Notes under the pieces: model-generated
Databases searched by the model: none
Told to the model about the DNA's origin: nothing
Seen by the model: only the letters and a program-made list of their open reading frames with translations
Translations under genes and position numbers: made by a program
Assembly (NCBI RefSeq): GCF_006345805.1
Contig: NC_043005.1
Coordinates: 56,606,001 to 56,670,000, forward strand
DNA length: 64,000 nucleotides
From: Octopus sinensis
Taxonomy: Eukaryota
Direction of reading: 5' to 3'
Shown: positions 36,540-49,233 of the stretch, piece after piece
How the letters are laid out: each line of letters begins with the position of its first letter
Numbering within the stretch: position 1 is the first letter of the stretch

Positions 36540-38620
36540 CTGTACTCCTAATCAAAACTTTTTTCTACTTCCTCATAAAGTTTTTCTTCCAAACGAGGCG
36601 CAAACCGCGTACCCATAGCCATGCCATTTAACTGTCGATATGTTTTATTGTCGAATCTAAAGGTATTTTCTTCTAGTACTAGGTGTGTGGCCTTGGTGAT
36701 GAAGTCAGTCTTGAAGCATTCATTCATCCGTCCTCTATGTTTCTCTACCCAGTTTTTGATTGCTTCTAGGCCAAAGGTGTGAGGTATATTAGTATAGAGA
36801 TTGGTGACATCAAAACTTCTAAGCACAGTACCTTCTGCAACAGTGGGAGTGATATGTTGGATGAAATCTATGCCATCCCGTACATAACTGGGTATTAAAG
36901 GGCACAAAGGTTTAAGGAGTATATCTAAAAAATGACTTAGTTGTTGTGTTGGTGCTTGAGGTCCAGCAACTATTGATCTTAGTTTGAGGTCAGCAGGCCT
37001 TAGTATTTATACGTACTGGTTCTTCTGTTTATTTATGGCATTCGTATTTCGAAGCTTTTGTGGATTTTGGATAATCCGTAGAAATTGCTCTCTTTGATTA
37101 CAGAATTGCATATATAATCTTTCTCCTTTTCTGTGACGGAATCTTTGAATTCATTGATTAGTCTTCTGATTTTATTCATTATTGTTTTTTCCTGAGTGTC
37201 TTAGTTCTTCCTTGTAACAGGTTTGGTTTGTTAACATTTCCAATATTTTATCTTTATAATAGTCCTTGTCCATGATTACTATCGCCCCTCCCTTATCGGC
37301 TTCTTTTAGGATGACTGAGTTGCCATTCTTCGGTGTTTGTAAAGCTTCCTTTTCTTCTTCACAAAGGTTTTGTTTGCAACTGTGGGTATTTTGGGGAAAT
37401 TTTGAAATCGTGTCTTTATACGCGTCTAAATATTTGTCCTTTCCCTTGTAGGAGGTGAAGTGAGATTTATTTCTGATTATTGATTCATCATTTAAATCCT
37501 TACTGCTGAAGAATTCTGTAAGTCGGAGGTGGCGTTTGAAGTGTTCAATATCAGATTTCAGTTCAACGAGATTAGGGGTGGGTGTCAGGGTAAACTTGAA
37601 ACCTTTTAATAGGAGGTTCATCTCATTCTTATTGAGGTTTCTATTTGACAAATTTATGATCTTCGGGTCTAAATGTTCTGTGAGTTCATTTAAATTTTGT
37701 GTTTTATCGGGTCCGGTGCGTGATTTTGGTTCTTTCTCCCTAAAAAAGGAATTGTGTTACCGTGTCTCCATTTTCTTATTTCGGTGTCCTGGTTCTCATG
37801 TAGACGGGAGGATGGTTCATGTCTTTTATACGAATTCCGTTGGTTATAGATTTTGTTTTCTTCCCATCTTCCATGCTTTTTCCCACATATGAGATTTTTG
37901 GTCGTAAATCGTGGGTTGCTTGAGTTATCATGATGATTATTATTCCTATTACAGTAACTGTACCGTTCGTATTTTATTTGTCTTTCTTCCCATGTATTCA
38001 TCAGTCTAGGGTACATGTTATTACGAGTTGGTGGTTGTTTGTATGTAATTTGTCTTTCATATCTTTTTTCCTTTATACTTATCCATCTATGGTGTTTGAA
38101 ATTATGGGTTGGTGGTTGTCTGTATGTTATTTGTCTTTCATGCCTATTTTCCTTTTTATTTATCCATCTATGGTGTTTGAACTTAAGGGTTGATGGTTGT
38201 CTCCTATATTTCATGCGTTGGCTATTTGCAGTGTTATGTATTGTAGAATATGGGTTTCTAGTCTGTACTTGGGGTGAGAGGGAGGTCATTTCCGCATCTG
38301 GGATTTGTGTTTATGTTTGTTTTCGATTTCCTCGTATTTTTTGTTGTGATGGTTTCGTTTTCATAATGGATTTGTCTCCATAGTTTTTTCATAGTTAGTG
38401 GACCACTCTTGTGTTTCCCACATTTTTATGGATTTTTCTTCTTCCCGCTTTGTGTCTTCTTTCCATAGTTTTTGGAGCTTTTCATGACATTGATTGTCAC
38501 TCCGCTCAGCAATCTCAGCAAACATAACTGCGTCAATATTTTCTACTTTCTCTTTGTGTCGTATTTTTCGTGATTGCAGAAGAGCTATTTCTGCTTCTAG
38601 TCGGCATAAAGCTAAATTTG
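36540..38620 (-). mobile_element. Penelope-like element, N-terminal region and RT (3'-truncated before the YxDD motif)
   Basis: [57 protein letters not shown]; frameshifted. Confidence 0.9.
38027..38207 (-). repeat. 81-bp (27-codon) tandem repeat inside the PLE ORF
   Basis: Units start at 38027, 38108 and 38189; they encode RQP.T..FKHHRWI..KE.R.ERQITY. Confidence 0.85.
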
Positions 38621-40252
38621 CGTGTATCGTTGTATGTGTATGTGTGTGTGCGTGCGCAATTAGATATTAATCAGCTGTTGATTTTGACCGATATGCGACT
38701 TATATCGAAAGATTGCCATATGTATAATATATATATATATATACACGACGGGCTTCCTCACAGTTTCCGTTTACCAGATTCACTCACAAGGTATTTTCCG
38801 CTGTAGACTATAGTAGAAGATACTTGCCCAAAGTGTCACGCAATGTACACTATTCGAAAATATGTGCCGAAGCAAACAATGGAAGTGACCAAAAACTATG
38901 TAAATACCATTATTTATTCGATTTAATCAGGAAAGAGAAGGGCTTAAGTTGAAGAATGGGCAATAAATTATCGTTGAATTAAAAGTTAAGTTGGGAGATT
39001 AAAAGTCTGAATAGTTTGATAGTGTTGTTAGAAAGATTATAACGAAATGCTAGCCGCTTGGAGTATTGTATGCACAGTGGAAATATATTAAGTCCGCTCC
39101 TAAAACATCAGTTTCTTTTAAACTGAGGACAAGGCCGATATTTTGGGGAAGATGGTAGTTTTGTTTTGTTATTTTCAGTTGTTCTGTTTTGATATATAGA
39201 GAACATTTATAGTCAACTAAATTGACCTGAATATTGCTGGTGTTACTGCGTGCGAGCGAGTGTCTCTAGCTGGTCGATCGATCTACGAGAAATAATAGCC
39301 AGGATTCCCTCAAATTACATCCATCCGTCTTATATCGGAAGGATTCAATAGCCATTTTCAATCTTCTTTATTTACGGCTCACTGAATAAGACGCTAACAG
39401 TGTTAAGGTAAAAGTGTTACTATCAGTTTTATTTTAGCCATTTTTAATGTGTTTTAAAATTGTTATAAACAGAGATGTACTCATACATTGTACTTTGTTT
39501 CAAAGAATTAAAGATACACAGATGCAGTGTATTAAAAATACTCAAGTTTTCTAAATGTCCAGATGTTTTCCAGCTCACCTTAAAAAATCGAATCATACCG
39601 TGGAATATATGCGGCACAAAAATGTTCCACGTCAGTGTAACTGAAAACATCTGTCCAAGTTATATAAACAGGATTGTCAAAGCAGAAATATCTTTTGTCA
39701 TAGGCCTTTCTCAGGCAGGTTTGACCTTGCCTAAACAACAACACGAGCCGTGACCTCAGGAACAATGACAGGTTTTCAGTCGATCCAACAAGGAAGACTT
39801 TGTGGTCATTCGACCAAGCAGTAACAGCTAGTACTCCCTCATCGTATTCTGCCATCCTAAAAAAAAAAAGAAAAAACGGTACATTCGATCATTATTGTGG
39901 GCAATGACTGACAGAGAAAAGAGACATGATGGGCTTAACTGCAGATAGTGTATAAAAATCTGGCACCATTTTCCGTTAGAAAAATTCCCAATAGTCTACA
40001 AATAATTGACGTAGCAATGCCAAATGCTTACAATACTGTAAAGCTAAGAAGAAAAATAAAAAATTACACCGACCTGGCTGTGAAATTTTAAAAAACAAGC
40101 TCATAGTATCTAAGGAATGTGCCTACTTATAATTTCTATAGCTTGAGTGATATATAATCACATCCGTTTGATATCAACCCGCTTGAGACCGCCTTTCCTG
40201 CTAGAATAGAAATTCCCAGTTTTTAAGTGATCTAAATTGGAACCTTCCATCC

Positions 40253-40755
40253 AGGCGTGGCTGTGTAGTAAGAAATTTGATTCCCAATCACATGGTCTTG
40301 GGTTCAATCCTATTGCCTGACACATTGGGCAAGTATATTCTACTATAGCTTCGGGCCGACCAAAGCCTTGTGAGTGGATTTGGTTGACGGAAACTGAAAG
40401 AAACCTGTCTTTTTTTATTACCCTTTACCCTCTGTGTGTGTGTGTGGTGTGTGTGTGTGTGTGTTGTGTGTGTGTGTGTGTGTGTGTTTGTGTGTGTGTG
40501 TGGTGTGTGTGTGTGTGGTGGTGTGTGTGTGTGTTTTTGTTTGTTTTGTGTGTGTGTGTGTGGGTTTTTCCAACAACCGCTGACAACCGATGTTGGAATA
40601 TTTACATCCCCGTAATTTAGCGGTTTAGCAAAAAGTGACCTATAGAATAAGTACCAGGCTTTAAAAATATTGAAACTGGGGTCGATTTATTCGACTAAAA
40701 TTCTTGAAAGTCGTGTTTCAGTCTAATGACTGAAACAAGAAAAAAGATAAAAGAT
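40253..40755 (+). mobile_element. SINE family A, full-length, diverged, internal (TG)n
   Basis: Same head, CORE and tail as 7681-8073. Confidence 0.8.
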
Positions 40756-40989
40756 GAAAGAAGTTGTATTATATATAAACACCGCATGCTCCAATCATTG
40801 GACTGCAGTCATGCAGAGACACAGCCTTGAAGGGTTTAGTCAAAATCTTTTCTTTCTTAAAGAAACATTTATTTTTATATTATCGTACAAATAAATACAA
40901 TATTTTATTATACAAATTCTTCGTATAAATTTTCTTTTAATTTAACTTTTATTCCAAATTTTTTTGTTTTAATTTTTTTCAGAACTTTT

Positions 40990-43086
40990 TACTCCAAGCG
41001 TTCTAACTTGGGTCTTGACATTACCTTACACGTACCTTACCTTTTGTTCACATATTTGTGTTGTCCACTGCACATCAAATAATTCGCAATGAGCGCAAAG
41101 AAACGGAAATGTTTTGACGAATATATTCGATTTGGATTCCAAAAGAGTGACACAGAAGTCCCCCAGTGTGCGATGCGTTATAAAACTTTGAGCAATGATG
41201 GAATGCGACCCTCACGCTTGGAATGCCACTTGAGGATAATACATCCTGCTCTTGCAGCTAAGCCCAAGGGATTCTTTGAAATAAAAAGACATTCCTTGAA
41301 GCAAGCTAAGTTGGATGGTAGTGGGGTATTTCGGCAACAAATTTCAATGGTTTTTGAGGTTTCTTATGAAATCGCCGTGTTGATTGCAAAGAACAAGAAG
41401 AGCCATAACATCGGAGAGTCAGTCATAAAACCAAGTCTACTCCATGCAGCAGAACTCGTCCTGCGGAAAGACAGTGCAAACAAGCTTACCCAGATTTCAC
41501 TATCAAACGATACAGTCAAGAGAAGGATCGACGATTTGTCTCAAGACACCAAAGATCAAATTTTCGACTAAGTAAGAGATTTTCCTGTTTTTGCTATCCA
41601 GTGTGACGAAACGACTGAAATCGCTCATTGTTCTCAGCTACCGGTATATGTTCGTTTTTTGTCAGGCAACTGTGTAAAAGAGGAAATATTGTTCTGTCAC
41701 TCTATCGATAATTGTACAACAGCAGCAGCTTATTTTTCGTGATGTATCAAACTTCTTTCAGGAAATCCAATTTTCGCTGGTAGGGGTGTACACTGATGGA
41801 GCTCCAGCCGTGCTTGCTCTGCAGCCTGGATTCATTACTAGGATGAAAGGAAAAAAATCGATCTGTTCTAGGTACACACTGCATATTTCATCGTGAAGCC
41901 TTAGCATCCAGAACCTTACCCACTGAAATGAGAAATGTCCTGAGAAATGTTGTTGACTTTGTTAAAGGTGGAGACTTAAACAGTCATTTTTTCAAACTGT
42001 TGTGTAAAGATATGGAATTCGAACATGAAGCATTACTTGTTCACATGAACGTACAATGGCTATCAAAGAGGGACATACTTGGACGGCTTTATGAACTGCG
42101 AGAAGTAGCAATATTTCTAGATTTACAACAGAAGGCAGATCTCCATGACAAGTCCCAGTCTGAAGGCTTTCGACTATCTCTAGCTTAACTGGTGGACATC
42201 TTCGAAGCGTTGAATGCTCTCGACCTTAAACTACAAGGGGAAAACATCAACATTCTCACGCACCATGACACTATTCGAACATTCATGGGCAAACTCGACC
42301 TCTAGAAATGTCGAATCGAGCAGGAGAATACAGCCAGTTTTAGTTACTTGGATTCTGCTCTCATTCACGGTAAACTTGATTCTGAGTTAAAGAAACAAAT
42401 AATCACTCATCTAATTCGCTTGAAAACAGAATTCATCGGATACTTCCCAGATACAGATGAAAAGCTGATACAGGAACCCATTTCAGTGTGAAGTGACAGT
42501 TTTGGATGAAGTGCAAGAGGAGTTTCTTGAGCTGAAGTTCAACTTCCCAGCTGAGGAAGACTTCAAAGAACTGGATCTTGAAACGTTTTGGATCAAGTAC
42601 CTTGCTGTTTATCCTCTGATCTCACATCAGGCTCTTCGGATTTTATCTGTTTAGATCCACGTATCTTTGTGAAGCTGCATTTTCCACGCTCTTTGCTGTC
42701 AAGACCAAATACAGAAATAGATTGAATGCTGAAAAGGACTTACGTTGTGCGCTCTCTGGCATCCAACCATGCATTCAAGATCTTGTAGCTAAGAAGCAGT
42801 TTCAAGTATCTCACTAATAATGTGACTAATTTATATTCAATAAAAAAAGCTATTTTTTGCTAAGAAGCAGTGTCAAGTGTCTCGCTTTTTTGTATAATGT
42901 GATTACATATAAAATTATACATATTTTGTAGAATGTGACTAATTCATATTCAATAAAAAGACTAAAAACATATTTTAGATTTTATTTAAAATCTGGGATT
43001 GAATTTTATTCAGAGATGCAAGGGGGTGTAGAGAGAAGAACAAATTCCTAAGGGAGGCGTGGTAGTAAAAAGGTTAAGAACCACTG
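40990..43086 (+). mobile_element. hAT (Buster/Charlie, ZBED8/SCAND3-like) transposon, 5' end not found
   Basis: 3' TIR AAGGTTAAGAACCACTG ending at 43086, followed by cttTAgat (central TA). Start is approximate. Confidence 0.88.
41089..42817 (+). pseudogene. Buster-type hAT transposase pseudogene
   Basis: KRK.FDEYIRFGF, LSND.M.PSRL..HL, SLSNDTVKRRI, AIQCDETT, CTDGAPA, HC.FHREALA, W.SKR..L.RLYELR, ...QVSH*; multiple stops and frameshifts. Confidence 0.9.
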
Positions 43087-44189
43087 CTTTAGATGATTCG
43101 CCTGAGACTGCTTCTGAGTCAATGATACAAATTCACTGTTTTAAAGCGATATAAATTAAAACCTTCCATCAAAACCTTATTTTTCAAACACCGGATTACT
43201 CTATATCTTTAAAGTTAATGGAAATAATCGCAGTGTATTTCAACATAAATATAATAACAAAAGGGTTAAAAGCAATTTTCGAATATTTACAAAAATAGAC
43301 GTCTGTCCCAGAAAATATCAATACTAAGATCCTTAAAATATTGTTAGTTGGGCATTTTCAATCAGAATTTGTTTGTGGCGGTGGAATACTGTTGTGCATA
43401 TTTTTCAAGACGTACCTAGTTCTTGTTTTTAAAAAAGGAAACTTTTAATCTATTTTTCAAATTATGAATAATAAAGACATTATGGTAAACAATACAATTT
43501 TGTCACAATTTCTCCGTTCAAATTGCATTATTTATAAAGGTTATGCGTTTAAAGTTCTTTGTGCAGAAAAAAGGCCTCTTATCGAGTCATTATTATGCTT
43601 TGTGTGTGTGCATGCCTGCATGCGCTTGCGTGTATATGCGTGTTACTTCCGCCCTAGATGGAAAACTTTTAAGAAACAAAAATGACATACAGAAGAAATA
43701 TATATAAACATATACACGCTCACACATATACATACATACATACATACATACATACACAATATCGTCATAATTAAATAATAACATACTCGATTAGTGAAAA
43801 AAAATGTATTTTTCATTGATTATTTTTGCACCCCAATTCATGATTGAGCTTGTTTTTAAGGCAATCTTTAGTATTAGCTCTGTTAACCAAGCGTTTTAGC
43901 CAGCAGTTGTTAAAACACAAGAACCATTAAGTCGCTGGAGAAAATTGATAAATGACATATCTATTGATGAGTTCATTACACTGTTTTGTTACTACCACAA
44001 GTAATGTCAATATAAGGAGCCAAGACATGATCGCTTAACACGCTAGAAATGGTAGCTAAATTTCTCCTAGATCATTCCTTACCATGTTAAATAAGAAGCT
44101 ACATTAGATGATATAGTCTTTACACAGCCCTAAGGTAAAGGAGTGGTCATGGCTGGTATGTCTTTGATCATGAGTCTTCTCAATCAGGA

Positions 44190-44353
44190 TTCACTACGCG
44201 TAGTATCGATCGCAACAGCTGATGTACTTGTGCGTACAAATGCACGTAGATACCGTCGGTATCTACATATCAAATTTGAGCGCAATCGGATAGAGGATGC
44301 CCGAGATCCTAGAAGACACTCACACACAGACAGAACGGATTTTATATAATAGA
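44190..44353 (-). mobile_element. Helitron-like 5' fragment with internal deletion
   Basis: Minus strand A|TCTATTATATAAAATCCGTTCTGTCTG; homologous to 8643-8880. Confidence 0.6.
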
Positions 44354-44522
44354 TATTATATATTATATATATTATATATATTTTTTATTTATTTAATATA
44401 ATAATAATAATATGACAACAAAAGAAGGAATGAGACCTCGATATTATGTAAAATAGAGGAATTTATAAATATAATATGTGACAATTAGTTGGTTGTCATA
44501 ACAAAACTCAGAGTTTCGGATA

Positions 44523-44622
44523 CCGGGGCTGAAGTCTGCTCCGGCATGACATCAGTATCAGTTATTTAGACAAACGGTTTGTCTTTATAACTGATGAGAT
44601 ACCGGAGCAGACTTCAGCCCCG
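44523..44622. repeat. Palindrome built from two partial hammerhead-like units
   Basis: ccggggctgaagtctgctccgg...atcagttat..agacaaac-g-gtttgtct..ataactgat...ccggagcagacttcagccccgg. CTGATGA plus stem II on +, CTGATGT...CGAAACTC on -. Confidence 0.8.
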
Positions 44623-44648
44623 GCATCAGACGCTCAGGAATAAAAAGT

Positions 44649-44684
44649 CTTTTACGTTTCGAGCCTACGCTCTTCTACAGAAAA
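44649..44684 (-). ncRNA. Minimal hammerhead motif, CUGUNGA variant
   Basis: TTTT-CTGTAGA-A-GAGCgtagGCTC-GAAAC-GTA^AAAG. Confidence 0.65.
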
Positions 44685-45012
44685 AAAGGAGAGAAAAAAT
44701 GTGTGTAGGGCTAACGATCTATCATGGCGATTATATTATATATATGATGATATTATATATATATAGGTATTATATATTATATATGTATATATATATGTGT
44801 GTATCATTATAATATATATATTATATATATATATATATATATTATTCGTACTTTTATCCATACGTACATTTGCACTCATATATATATAAAGCTGATTCAA
44901 GTGATTATTAAAATATTTAAAACTCCAACGAACAGTGTTGAGTATCTTTCGATTGTTTTTCAGCCGCGCACACACACACACACTCACAAATACAAATACA
45001 TGTATGTATATA

Positions 45013-45417
45013 TTACTCTTTTACTTGTTTCAGTCATTTGACTGCGGCCATGCTGGAGCACCGCCTTTAATCGAGCAACTCGACCCCGGGACTTGTAAGC
45101 CCAGTACTTATTCTATCGGTCTCTTTTGCCGAACCGCTAAGTAACGGCGACATAAACACACCAACAATCGTTGTCAAGCAATGCTAGGGTCAAACACACT
45201 CACCAAACACACACGCATATATATATATATATTATATAATATATACATATATACGACGGGCTTCTTTCAGTTTCTGTCTACCAAATCCACTCACAAGGCT
45301 TTGGTCGGCCCGAGGCTATAAGTGAAAACCACTTGCCCAAGGTGTCATGCAGTGGACTGAACCCGGAACCATGTGGTTGGTAAGCAAGCTACTTACCACA
45401 CAGCCACTCCTGCGCCT
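45013..45417 (-). mobile_element. SINE family A, full-length
   Basis: Head aggcgcaggagtggctgtgtggtaag (minus), internal (TA)n, tail. Confidence 0.88.
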
Positions 45418-45547
45418 ATGTATGTATATGTTCATTTATACTTAAATTCTCACATTCATACACATATGCATAGGCATCTACATTATTTTATCCACATGTA
45501 ATACTTACACTTATAAGCGTGCACACATAAACACACACACACACAAA

Positions 45548-45639
<92 letters not shown>

Positions 45640-46014
45640 ATGTAGCTGTTTACCCTGTTCGGCTCTGATCCAGTTGACTTCAGAACAAAAATATTCTTAC
45701 TTCGACCAGCCAGTCTCTATTTTCCGGATACAATGTACGTAGGAGTGTATTATTGAATGTAACCACCCCTTTTAAGACGTGGAAAGTGTAATATACGGGG
45801 GAATTAGGCTATTATTTATGATATGTCGAGCGATCATGTAGAGGTCTCTCGTAAGCTGAGAGTAGATTTTTTTTTTTTCAGGCTTAATACAACCTAGTCC
45901 ACAACATTGAATGTGTCCTTTTTAAAGATAGTGGGAATCGAATTGGAGATTGATTTTGCTGCTATTTCTTGCAGGGCTAATAACCGCTCCCTTACTTTTT
46001 TTATTGCTAGTTAT

Positions 46015-46426
46015 TTACTCTTTTACTCTTTTACTTGTTTCAGTCATTTGACTGCGGCCATGCTGGAGCACCGCCTTTAGTCGAGCAACTCGACCCCGGG
46101 ACTTATTCTTTGTAAGCCAAGTACTTATTCAATCGGTCACTTTTGCCGAACCGCTAAGTTACGGGGACGTAAACACACCAGCATCGGTTGTTAAGCGATG
46201 TTGGGGGGGGGACAAACACAGACATACAAATATATGCACACACATACATATACATATATGCATATATACGACGGGCTTCTTTCAGTTTCCGTCTACAAAA
46301 TCCACTCACAAGGCTTTGGTCAGCCCGAGGCTATAGTAGAAGACAATTGGCCAAGGTGCCACGCAGTGGGACTGAACCCGGAACCATGTGGTTGGTAAGC
46401 AAGCTACTTACCACATAGCCACTCCT
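46015..46426 (-). mobile_element. SINE family A, full-length
   Basis: Collinear with 45013-45417. Confidence 0.88.
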
Positions 46427-46478
46427 AAAACATTATTTATTGTTGGGTTTTTTGTGGTAGGGTTCTAATGCCACTTAC

Positions 46479-46540
46479 CTTTTCTATTTACAATAAACTT
46501 ATTGTAATTCAATTCAAAGGTTTGATCACTCCTTACGTTT
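46479..46540 (-). other. Candidate 62-nt exon
   Basis: Donor AAG|GTAAGT (46479/46478); acceptor ttccaAG after a long CT tract; single open frame NVRSDQTFELNYNKFIVNRK. Confidence 0.25.
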
Positions 46541-46554
46541 CTTGGAACATTCAA

Positions 46555-46740
46555 AGAGAGACAGAGGTTGAGAGTAACAGAGAGAGAGAGATGGGGAGAG
46601 AGAGAGAGAGAGAAGAAGAAGAAGAAGAAGAAGAAGAAGAAGAAGAAGAAGAAGAAGAAGAAGAAGAAGAAGAAGAAGAAGAAGAAGAAGAAGAAGAAGA
46701 AGAAGAAGAAGAAGAAGAAGAAGAAGACCAACAACAACAG
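46555..46740. repeat. (GA)n-(GAA)n microsatellite
   Basis: Read directly. Confidence 0.95.
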
Positions 46741-47264
46741 CACGTTTTGAACAGGTAACTTAATTTATGGGACTCTGAAAGAACGAAAGACAAATTTGAA
46801 CCTCAGGAGGAATTGAACATTGCATCTCACGCCCTAAAGACTTTAGAATTCGCCATTTTCATAATATATTGTATTAAACTATGTTGTACTTCAGCGCCTC
46901 TATGTTGGTAAGTCTTAGTATATCCTCATCTGAATTTCTGTTTCATAAAACAGTTTGAAATAGTAGTAACAGTAATCGTAACAAAAGTACCTGCTGAAAA
47001 TAGCAGTCAAATACCCATTAAATCCCATTCTGCCCTCTTAAAAAGTAAGGTGTCATATTGGATAATATATTCCTAGGTAAATAAAAAGATGAGGTAGGAT
47101 GGCCACGTCGAAGCAATTTTGATGGTAGAGTTGTCTGTTCGGGGCTGGCCTGGGGTTAAACAACTATCACTTGAGAAATTGCTCTAGTCTATACTATACA
47201 ATATTCAATATCTTTTTCCATCCAACAATGAATTGAAGAACAACGATAAAACTGGCTTTCTGAA

Positions 47265-47313
47265 TTAGACTGAGGAGACACACAACAGGGTCGAAACACC
47301 GCAGTGTCTCAAA
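47265..47313 (+). ncRNA. Type-I hammerhead ribozyme, intact core
   Basis: TTAGA-CTGAGGA-GAC...GTC-GAAAC-AC-cgca-GT-GTC^TCAAA. Cleavage after 47308; stem I 4/5. Confidence 0.72.
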
Positions 47314-47339
47314 GTCCCTTTACATTAATGAATCACGTA

Positions 47340-47699
47340 TTATAAAACATTTAGATTCCTAACTACTCCCACATTTTGCGGTGCAGTTTAACCAAAACCG
47401 GGTATCTTATAGTCGTGATTCACATCGAGCCCTTCTGATTATTAGCACGCGTCTACGATGAGTCTACGATTTTTAAAAAAATTACCATCAATTTTTCCCA
47501 TTTTTAATGCATTTTTGGCATATATAAGGGAAGTAACTCTCTAAAAATTTATTATTAAATCTCAGAACGTAAAAAGCTACAGTAACCCTCCCCCTTTGTG
47601 GTTAGCCATATTGAGATGGCTATTATACTTTACATCTCTAAAAATGGTTATATAGTTATTTCCCTTACAAACCCGAGCAACGCCGGGCGATACTGCTAG
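47340..47699 (+). mobile_element. Non-autonomous Helitron (3' end clear, 5' end approximate)
   Basis: Ends tatagttatttcccttacaaacccgagcaacgccgggcgatactgCTAG|T, as at 34122. Confidence 0.75.
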
Positions 47700-48217
47700 T
47701 ACCATCTAATAGAAAGAGATGTCCTCCGATGAACAAAACCAATCAGCATATCTATGTTCGAATCTGCAAGATCATATTAGGAATGAATTGTTTGGACGCA
47801 TGCTGTTCCGCGTGCGCCTAACAAACAGACGAGTTTGGTTTAAAATGAGTTGTTCATAATTAATGAGTAGTTCCTTAGCGACTGTTACTACTACTACTAC
47901 TCTTACTGAGGCGGCTGCTGCTGCTGCTACTACTACTACTACTACTACAACTACTACGGTTTCTACACTTTCCCCGTTTTCCATATTTCATGTTTATTTT
48001 CATATATTGTCATAAGCGTTTGTGTGTGCGTATGTGTTAATACGTGTCTCTTTAAATATATGTATTCGAGTATGTATACTACATACATATATACATATAT
48101 GCATACATACATACATAAATATATATACACATATATATGCGTGAAAGTATGTATGCATCTGCATACATATACAAGTATATATATATATATATATATAATA
48201 TATATATATATATATAA

Positions 48218-49071
48218 TATACTAAGCAATAAGGGTTTAGCAACGAGTTGCCTTACCACATACCGAATTTAGAAATAGCAGTCAAAGGGTTATAGCTATT
48301 TCTTCTACTAAAAAGGGAGATCTCAGTAAAAACAGCATTTGGAAGGCAGACACAAACAGGTAAGAGAGAATGAATTGACTGCAATCTATCATACATTTTT
48401 TTTAGTTATTTTTATTTGGTGTAATTGATAATTTTTCCAAATTAATTAATTTCACCCTTCATTATTACGGATAACCATATTTTATCTCAGTAGATGACCA
48501 CAGCATCTTGTTTTGGCTACACGCGGGTGGGAAGGGGCTGTTGACACAATCGTTTCATTCACAAATTGAATTCGGTGATACCAGTTGCGGATTCTAGCTC
48601 GCTCTGATACTGAGTTGAGTTGGTGCCTTCTGGTATCTCAAAATTCAATATATAATCATTTATGATTATAGTATTCTACGCTGAAGAGAAAAGAAGTTTC
48701 GGTAAGATAGAATTATTTAATATTTAATATTTAATTCTTATGCTTTCCTTAAAACTTGATTTCGAAACGTACGTCCGTGGATAACTAAAAAAATGTATGA
48801 TAGATTGCAGTCAATTCATTCTCTCTTACCTTGTGTCTGCCTTCCAAATGCTGTTTTTACTGAGATCTCCCTTTTTAGTAGAAGAAATAGCTATAACCCT
48901 TTGACTGCTATTTCTAAATTCGGTATGTGGTAAGGCAACTCGTTGCTAACCTTATTGCTTAGTATTACTTAAATTTTCCTCGAATGAGGCTTTTACATGC
49001 CGAAGACTACTTGGTGTAATTGATAATTTTTCCAAATTAATTAATTTCACCCTTCATTATTACGGATAACC

Positions 49072-49074
<3 letters not shown>
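48218..49074. repeat. Composite of about 190-bp inverted repeat, 64-bp direct repeat and a hammerhead
   Basis: 48218-48410 is the near-identical reverse complement of 48781-48965; 48416-48479 equals 49011-49074. Confidence 0.9.
48678..48774 (+). ncRNA. Hammerhead ribozyme with long stem II insert
   Basis: ACG-CTGAAGA-GAAA...TTTC-GAAAC-GTA^CGT; cleavage after 48771. Confidence 0.7.
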
Positions 49075-49127
<53 letters not shown>

Positions 49128-49173
49128 TATACATACATACATATACATGTATGTGTGTGTGTGTGTGTTAATT

Positions 49174-49230
<57 letters not shown>

Positions 49231-49233
<3 letters not shown>

